From assembly GCA_041484625.1 (NCBI GenBank), contig JBGPHY010000002.1:1-40250 (forward strand): a stretch of 40,250 nt of DNA, in the 5' to 3' direction. The stretch's first letter is position 1, and the number at the start of each line of letters is the position of its first letter. The notes under the pieces were generated by a model. The model was not told the origin of the DNA, did not search any database, and saw only the letters and a list, made by a program, of their open reading frames with translations. Of this stretch, positions 34,969 to 40,250 are shown one piece after another. The position numbers and the translations under genes were made by a program. Source of the DNA: Terriglobia bacterium. GTDB lineage: Bacteria; Acidobacteriota; Terriglobia; Versatilivoradales; Versatilivoraceae.

Positions 34969-36891
34969 TTGAATTCGACAGCGAAGACACTGATTTTCTG
35001 GGTGGTTTTGATCCTAGCGGCCGTATTGCTCTGGCAGGTCGTCCAGAGGACACAGTCCCGCCAGGATAAGGAACTGAACTTCTCAGAATTCATGAACGAA
35101 GTGGACAAGGGCAATGTGGCAAGTGTGGAGATCATGGGGAGTGATGTCAAGGGGCAATTGAAGAGCCAGGCCCCATTCAAGACTACCGTGCCGAATTATC
35201 CGGAATTTGTGAAGACCCTTCGGGAGAAAAATGTCTCAATCACGGTTAAAGAACCCAGCCAGAGTCCCTGGCTGGCTGCCTTAATCTCCTGGGCCCCCTT
35301 TGTCCTGCTAATCGGATTCTGGATTTTCTTTATGCGCCAGATGCAAAGTGGCGGGAACAAAGCGCTCTCTTTTGGCAAGAGTCGGGCCAAACTGCTCTCC
35401 TCACAGCAGAAGAAGGTGACTTTTCGGGATGTGGCTGGCGCAGAAGAGGCCAAGGAGGAATTGCAGGAGATCATCGAATTTCTCAAAGAGCCCCAGAAAT
35501 TTCAGAAACTCGGAGGGCGAATTCCCAAGGGTGTACTCCTGGTGGGTCCTCCGGGCACTGGAAAGACCTTGTTTGCCAGAGCCATTGCCGGGGAAGCCGC
35601 GGTACCGTTTTTCTCCATCAGCGGATCCGATTTTGTTGAAATGTTTGTAGGTGTTGGTGCCTCCCGGGTTCGCGACCTCTTTGAGCAAGGTAAGAAGAAT
35701 GCTCCCTGTATCATCTTCATCGATGAAATTGACGCCGTAGGACGCCATCGCGGGGCAGGGCTCGGCGGGGGTCACGATGAGCGCGAGCAGACACTCAACC
35801 AGTTGCTGGTTGAGATGGACGGGTTTGAATCCAATGAAGGTGTGATTCTCATTGCGGCTACCAACCGTCTCGACGTCCTCGATCCGGCCCTTTTGCGCCC
35901 GGGGCGCTTTGATCGCCGAGTCATTGTCGCCAGGCCGGATGTCAAGGGCCGCGAAGGAATCCTTCAGGTTCACACCAAGAAGGTCCCGCTTTCCGAAGAC
36001 GTGGACATCACCATCCTGGCTCGAGGTACTCCAGGCTTTTCCGGTGCCGACTTGGCCAATTTGGTGAATGAAGCGGCCCTTAACGCTGCCCGGTACAATC
36101 AAAAATCAGTGACCATGTCCGATTTTGAAATGGCCAAAGACAAGGTACTAATGGGCGTTGAACGGAAATCGCTCATTATTAGCGATGCAGAGAAAAAGAA
36201 CACTGCTTACCATGAGGCCGGTCACGCGCTGGTTGCAGCCATGATTCCTAATGCAGACCCGGTCCACAAAGTCACAATCATCCCCCGGGGGATGGCCCTG
36301 GGAGTTACCATGCAACTGCCGGTTGATGACAAACATACATACACTCGAGATTACCTCGAAGGTCAAATCTCCATCATGATGGGTGGTCGAGTGGCTGAAG
36401 AGCTTTTCCTCGATCATATGACTACCGGAGCAGGGAATGATATCGAGCAGGCGACGGAACTAGCCCGACGCATGGTTTGCGACTACGGAATGTCCTCTTT
36501 GGGACCATTAACTTTCGGGAAGCGCGAAGAACAGATCTTCTTGGGTCGGGAAATCGCCCAGCACCGCGACTACAGTGAAGATACCGCCATTAAGATCGAC
36601 CAGGAGATGAAACGGTTTGGCAATGAGGGTTATGAGAGAGCCAGGAAGATCTTGAGTGAAAACCGGGAAGTCTTGATTCGAATAGCCGAGAACCTGCTCG
36701 ACAGGGAAGTCCTGGATGCCAACGAAGTCAGGCAGTTAATCCAGAACATTCCCCTCGAAAGCAAGAGCAGCTCTCTCTCCAAATCGAAGGTAGGAAAAGA
36801 GGAAAAACCTGAACAGCAAGTGGTTCAGTCTCTTTCTCCTTCGGTCCCTCTTTTGGTCGACAAGCAGAGGGAAAAACCTGCTCCTGCCTAA
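34969..36891 (+). CDS. ftsH: ATP-dependent zinc metalloprotease FtsH
   Basis: TTG start 7 nt after GGAGG. Two TM segments, Walker A GPPGTGKT, Walker B IIFIDEID, second region of homology, zinc motif HEAGHA. Confidence 0.95.
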   Translation: MNSTAKTLIFWVVLILAAVLLWQVVQRTQSRQDKELNFSEFMNEVDKGNVASVEIMGSDVKGQLKSQAPFKTTVPNYPEFVKTLREKNVSITVKEPSQSPWLAALISWAPFVLLIGFWIFFMRQMQSGGNKALSFGKSRAKLLSSQQKKVTFRDVAGAEEAKEELQEIIEFLKEPQKFQKLGGRIPKGVLLVGPPGTGKTLFARAIAGEAAVPFFSISGSDFVEMFVGVGASRVRDLFEQGKKNAPCIIFIDEIDAVGRHRGAGLGGGHDEREQTLNQLLVEMDGFESNEGVILIAATNRLDVLDPALLRPGRFDRRVIVARPDVKGREGILQVHTKKVPLSEDVDITILARGTPGFSGADLANLVNEAALNAARYNQKSVTMSDFEMAKDKVLMGVERKSLIISDAEKKNTAYHEAGHALVAAMIPNADPVHKVTIIPRGMALGVTMQLPVDDKHTYTRDYLEGQISIMMGGRVAEELFLDHMTTGAGNDIEQATELARRMVCDYGMSSLGPLTFGKREEQIFLGREIAQHRDYSEDTAIKIDQEMKRFGNEGYERARKILSENREVLIRIAENLLDREVLDANEVRQLIQNIPLESKSSSLSKSKVGKEEKPEQQVVQSLSPSVPLLVDKQREKPAPA

Positions 36892-37096
36892 CAGGCGGCG
36901 GCCGGGGTGGGGACCTTTCGACTCAATTCTTCGAACGACCGGGCGGGGTCTGAATTGGCACTCGGTTGTGAGTTTCTCTTCGCCCATCTCCCTGAGCCAC
37001 AAGACGAAGCTGTAGGTTAATTGTCCCAGCGCCTCTTTTTCCCTTTTCAGGTCTTCTTTTCCTGTTTCCGTGTGGCCCAAAACAGCTGGGTGTTCA

Positions 37097-37963
37097 ATGG
37101 CTCCCCACAAGGTTTTTCTCTTGAAACTTCCCACCCATCAGCTGGAACTTGGGAAAAGGACGTTGATCATGGGTGTCCTTAATGTGACGCCCGACTCCTT
37201 CTACGATGGAGGACAGTACTTCTCACCCCGAAAAGCTCTGGATCGTGGGTTGGAACTGGAAGAGGAGGGAGCCGACATACTGGACATTGGAGGGGAATCT
37301 ACCCGCCCTCCCCACTGCAAAGAATTGCCTGCTGCCGAGGAGTTGCGTCGCGTTCTTCCAGTGATTGAGGGACTTCGGAAGCGGTTGAGAATTCCCGTTT
37401 CCATTGATACCTACAAGGCGGAGGTGGCCCGCAGTGCCCTTGAGGCCGGTGCCGAGATTGTCAATGACGTTGGAGGCCTGAAGTTCGATAGGAGATTGGC
37501 TCACGTTGTCGCAGCCGCTCGAGCTGGCATCGTGATCGTCCATTCTCGGGGCGGCCCCACCGGAATGCACCATGTGTCCAGATCCGGGAGCGTTCTCAGG
37601 ACAGTTGTGCAGGGTCTAGAGCAGAGTATTCGCCTAGGCCGATTGCAGGGGATCCCGCACAGCCGGATGATTCTGGATCCAGGCATCGGTTTCAGCAAAT
37701 CGGCGGCAGAGAGTGTCAGAATCCTGGGAAATCTGCCGCTTCTAAAGCGTTTTCAGTTGCCGATCTTGGTGGGCGCCTCACGGAAATCGTTTCTTGGCCA
37801 GATCCTGGATTTACCTGTGGGAGAGAGACTCCAGGCCAGCCTTGCCGCCGCTGCCGCGGCTGTTCTTAATGGAGCCCACATTGTCAGGGTCCATGACGTC
37901 AAGGAGACCCGCCAGGTCGTTAGAATCTGCGATGCTATTAGGCAGGCATCTGGATCGGGATAG
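37097..37963 (+). CDS. folP: Dihydropteroate synthase
   Basis: IMGVLNVTPDSFYDGG and DIGGESTRP motifs. ATG 37097 is preferred over the GTG track start 37070. Confidence 0.9.
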   Translation: MAPHKVFLLKLPTHQLELGKRTLIMGVLNVTPDSFYDGGQYFSPRKALDRGLELEEEGADILDIGGESTRPPHCKELPAAEELRRVLPVIEGLRKRLRIPVSIDTYKAEVARSALEAGAEIVNDVGGLKFDRRLAHVVAAARAGIVIVHSRGGPTGMHHVSRSGSVLRTVVQGLEQSIRLGRLQGIPHSRMILDPGIGFSKSAAESVRILGNLPLLKRFQLPILVGASRKSFLGQILDLPVGERLQASLAAAAAAVLNGAHIVRVHDVKETRQVVRICDAIRQASGSG

Positions 37964-37969
37964 GACGTT

Positions 37970-38791
37970 ATGTCCTTTTTTGAATTCCTGAACTCGATTC
38001 GAGACAAGTTCACCTGGATCGCTGCCATTGACATCCTAATTGTCAGTGCAATCGTTTACCAGGTGCTCTTGCTCATCCGCGGGACCCGCGCCGTGCAGAT
38101 GGGTTTCGGTGTAGGCCTCCTGGTGGTCTTCTTCTATTGGAGTCGCTGGCTTCAACTCGGGACCGTTCAGTGGATTCTCACCAACATCCTCCCGTACTTT
38201 GTTTTTGGTCTGATCGTGCTCTTTGCCGCAGAAATCCGCCGCGCGCTGGCCAGCATCGGAAAGAACCCGCTGTTCATGCGATTGTCCAGGAATCCCTTTG
38301 CGGAAGCCTATGACGAAATTGTGTTGGCCGCCACCACTCTCTCCTCCCAAAAAATTGGGGCATTAGTTGTCATTGAGAGGGAGATTGGGCTCAAACACTA
38401 TATTGAAAGCGGTGTGGCGGTCGATGCTGCGCTTTCCTATGACCTTCTGGTGAGCATCTTCTCGCCAGGAGGGCCACTCCATGACGGTGCTGTCATCATC
38501 CAGAAAGGGCGGATCAAGGCGGCCGCCTGTTTCCTGCCGCTGACGGTCAACCCGAAACTCAGCAAGGAATTGGGGACTCGTCACCGGGCCGCTATCGGCG
38601 TCACCGAAGAGTCCGACGCGGTAGTGGTGGTGGTTTCTGAGGAAACCGGCGCCATCTCCATCGTTGTCAGTGGCGAAATCCATCGCCACCTCGACGGGGA
38701 CTCCCTCCGCTTTCAACTGGAGACCACCATGGAGCTCAGACATCCCAAAGACAAGGCCTCCCGCCCGTCTTCATTCATGGAGAGCAGATGA
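37970..38791 (+). CDS. cdaA: Diadenylate cyclase CdaA (membrane-anchored DAC domain)
   Basis: Three N-terminal TM segments. DAC motifs HDGAVII and GTRHRAA, then SEETGAISI. Confidence 0.9.
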   Translation: MSFFEFLNSIRDKFTWIAAIDILIVSAIVYQVLLLIRGTRAVQMGFGVGLLVVFFYWSRWLQLGTVQWILTNILPYFVFGLIVLFAAEIRRALASIGKNPLFMRLSRNPFAEAYDEIVLAATTLSSQKIGALVVIEREIGLKHYIESGVAVDAALSYDLLVSIFSPGGPLHDGAVIIQKGRIKAAACFLPLTVNPKLSKELGTRHRAAIGVTEESDAVVVVVSEETGAISIVVSGEIHRHLDGDSLRFQLETTMELRHPKDKASRPSSFMESR

Positions 38792-39468
38792 TCTATCGAT
38801 TGCTCTGGCTCAAGAATCTCATCACTGTCAACTGGCACCTGAAGCTGACTTCGGTTTTGCTGGCTTCCTTACTCTGGGTGGCCCTGAACGGGGAACCAAA
38901 GTCAGTGGTCGTCTTTCGTGTTCCCCTCGAGTATAGGAATTACCCCAAAGGGATTGAAGTGATTGGGGACAATATCAACTTGGTTGACGTTCGGGTCGCA
39001 GCCTCTTCCGGCATCGTTAAGCGGCTAGACCCGACAGAGATCACCGCCTTCATTGATTTTTCTGATTGGAGCCTGGGAGAGCGAATCTATCCTCTGGCAT
39101 CGCAGAATGTGATTGTCCCGTACGGCGTGAAAATCATCCGCATTACACCGAATCAGCTTAAACTCAATTTCCAGCGCATCCGAAACAAGATTGTGGAGGT
39201 CAGGCCCATTATCACGGGAGATTTGCAGAAGGGGTACAAACTCGAAGGGGTGCAGGCACGCCCCCACTTGGTTCGCATCTCTGGCCCGGAAGGCCATTTG
39301 AGATCAACCGCCTACTTGTCGACCGAGAGCATCGATATCAGCGGGAAGACTGGACCTTTTCGAACCAAAGTGCATCTGACCCTCGATGACCCGCTGATCC
39401 AATTGCTTGAAGACCCGGAAATTGAGGCGGAGATCTCCATCGGCCCTATGATCATGCGGAAAAAATAG
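38788..39468 (+). CDS. cdaR: YbbR-domain protein, CdaA regulator
   Basis: ATGA overlap with cdaA. N-terminal TM segment followed by YbbR-like repeats (VDVRVAASSG ... ITAFIDFSD ... VRISGPEG). Confidence 0.75.
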   Translation: MIYRLLWLKNLITVNWHLKLTSVLLASLLWVALNGEPKSVVVFRVPLEYRNYPKGIEVIGDNINLVDVRVAASSGIVKRLDPTEITAFIDFSDWSLGERIYPLASQNVIVPYGVKIIRITPNQLKLNFQRIRNKIVEVRPIITGDLQKGYKLEGVQARPHLVRISGPEGHLRSTAYLSTESIDISGKTGPFRTKVHLTLDDPLIQLLEDPEIEAEISIGPMIMRKK

Positions 39469-39533
39469 ACGTCCGAACGGGCAGGGTGGTCTGACAAGTT
39501 AGGGACTTAGGCTGCTTTTGGGAAGCGAATACC

Positions 39534-40250
39534 ATGCGAGAGCTTTTTGGAACGGACGGAATCCGTGGCGTGGCAGGAGAATTTCCCCTGGATCCGGCGA
39601 CTATCAGCTACATTGGACTGGCCGTGGGCCGGCACCTAGCCAAAATGGGTCAGAATCCCCGCGTCATCTTGGGGCGGGACACCCGGGAATCCGGGCCATG
39701 GATCAGCCAGTGTCTGGTGGGTTCTCTTCGCTCTGCCGGGGTGGAGTCAATTCATGAAGTGGATGTGATTTCTACCCCCGGAATCGCCTACCTCACCCGA
39801 GATCTTGGATTTGATCTCGGGATTATGATCTCTGCCTCACACAATCCTTATCAGGATAACGGGATTAAACTCTTCTCTCGGAATGGTTTCAAGTTGCCCG
39901 ACGAATTGGAGAAGCTGATTGAAAAGGAGATTCATTCCCTGATCAAGACCGGAATGACCTCCGAAATCCTACAGGATGGAAAGCGTTCCCTGCCTGGCCG
40001 GGGAGCACTCGAGGACTACGTTAACTTTCTGGTCAGTCAGTTCCATGGGAGATACTCAGCCGGCAAATTGGGCCTGGATGTGTGCAACGGTTCCGCTTGC
40101 TGGATTGCACCCCAGGTTTTTCGCCGTCTCGGGGCTGATGTGGTGATAATCCACGATTCCCCCGACGGTAGGAATATCAATCGAGAGTGCGGATCGATGC
40201 ATGTTAAGTCCCTGGTGCGCCTGGTCAAGAACCAAAAGCTGGGATTTGGA
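39534..40250 (+). CDS. glmM: Phosphoglucosamine mutase, 5' partial (runs off the window)
   Basis: Not in the ORF track because it has no stop in the window. My translation from ATG 39534 gives MRELFGTDGIRGVAGEFPLDP ... GIMISASHNPYQDNGIKLF (phosphoserine loop SASHNP), open to 40250. Confidence 0.9.
   Translation, partial: MRELFGTDGIRGVAGEFPLDPATISYIGLAVGRHLAKMGQNPRVILGRDTRESGPWISQCLVGSLRSAGVESIHEVDVISTPGIAYLTRDLGFDLGIMISASHNPYQDNGIKLFSRNGFKLPDELEKLIEKEIHSLIKTGMTSEILQDGKRSLPGRGALEDYVNFLVSQFHGRYSAGKLGLDVCNGSACWIAPQVFRRLGADVVIIHDSPDGRNINRECGSMHVKSLVRLVKNQKLGFG

Noticed and set aside
36736-37134. 132-aa minus-strand ORF covering the 205-nt ftsH-folP spacer.
   Set aside because: It overlaps both the ftsH 3' end and the folP 5' end. 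The translation is Arg-rich and low complexity, and I found no motif or RBS. I also scanned the spacer for a THF riboswitch or other known RNA motif and saw none.
1-40250. Scan for CRISPR arrays, tRNA/rRNA/tmRNA/SRP RNA genes, transposases, integrases, phage genes, and toxin-antitoxin or restriction-type defence genes.
   Set aside because: None found. There are no spaced direct repeats, no tRNA-like GGTTCGAATCC arms or rRNA-like stretches in intergenic DNA, and every long ORF is accounted for by housekeeping or metabolic families or the hypotheticals listed.

Overview
Gene-dense, moderately GC-rich bacterial chromosomal window with about 37 protein genes. I found no rRNA, tRNA, CRISPR array, transposase or integrase. 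A TonB-dependent receptor with an N-terminal carboxypeptidase-regulatory-like domain and several Tat-signal oxidoreductases suggest an Acidobacteriota-like organism (inference only). Left to right: Tat small subunit + GMC oxidoreductase; an orphan MinD/ParA ATPase; a threonine aldolase broken by a frameshift in a G7 run; a cobalamin riboswitch leading a TonB receptor + BtuFCD-like importer; a HisJ-type phosphatase; DUF971 + Mrp (Fe-S carrier); proC. Next is a minus-strand five-gene operon (ThrC-like PLP enzyme, ThiF-like E1, cysteine desulfurase, asd, CysO/MoaD-like carrier ending in GG) preceded by a consensus promoter, a clear SAM-I riboswitch and an intrinsic terminator. Then: an SLT-like secreted protein; a Tat-signal Gfo/Idh/MocA enzyme; an ABC-2 permease fused to a predicted periplasmic amidohydrolase, with its ATPase and a HAD hydrolase; mtnA; rhodanese; ygfZ; gatB; two hypothetical proteins. 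The window ends with the conserved block tilS-hpt-ftsH-folP-cdaA-cdaR-glmM; glmM runs off the window end and is absent from the ORF track. Best candidate for a poorly described system: the SAM-riboswitch-controlled operon, which looks like a protein-thiocarboxylate-dependent homocysteine (methionine) synthesis module that routine annotation would split among threonine, thiamin and molybdopterin pathways. Secondary candidates are an hpt homologue with its PRPP-binding and catalytic motifs replaced (possible pseudoenzyme), the exporter-amidohydrolase fusion, and a repeated ~50-nt palindromic intergenic element.
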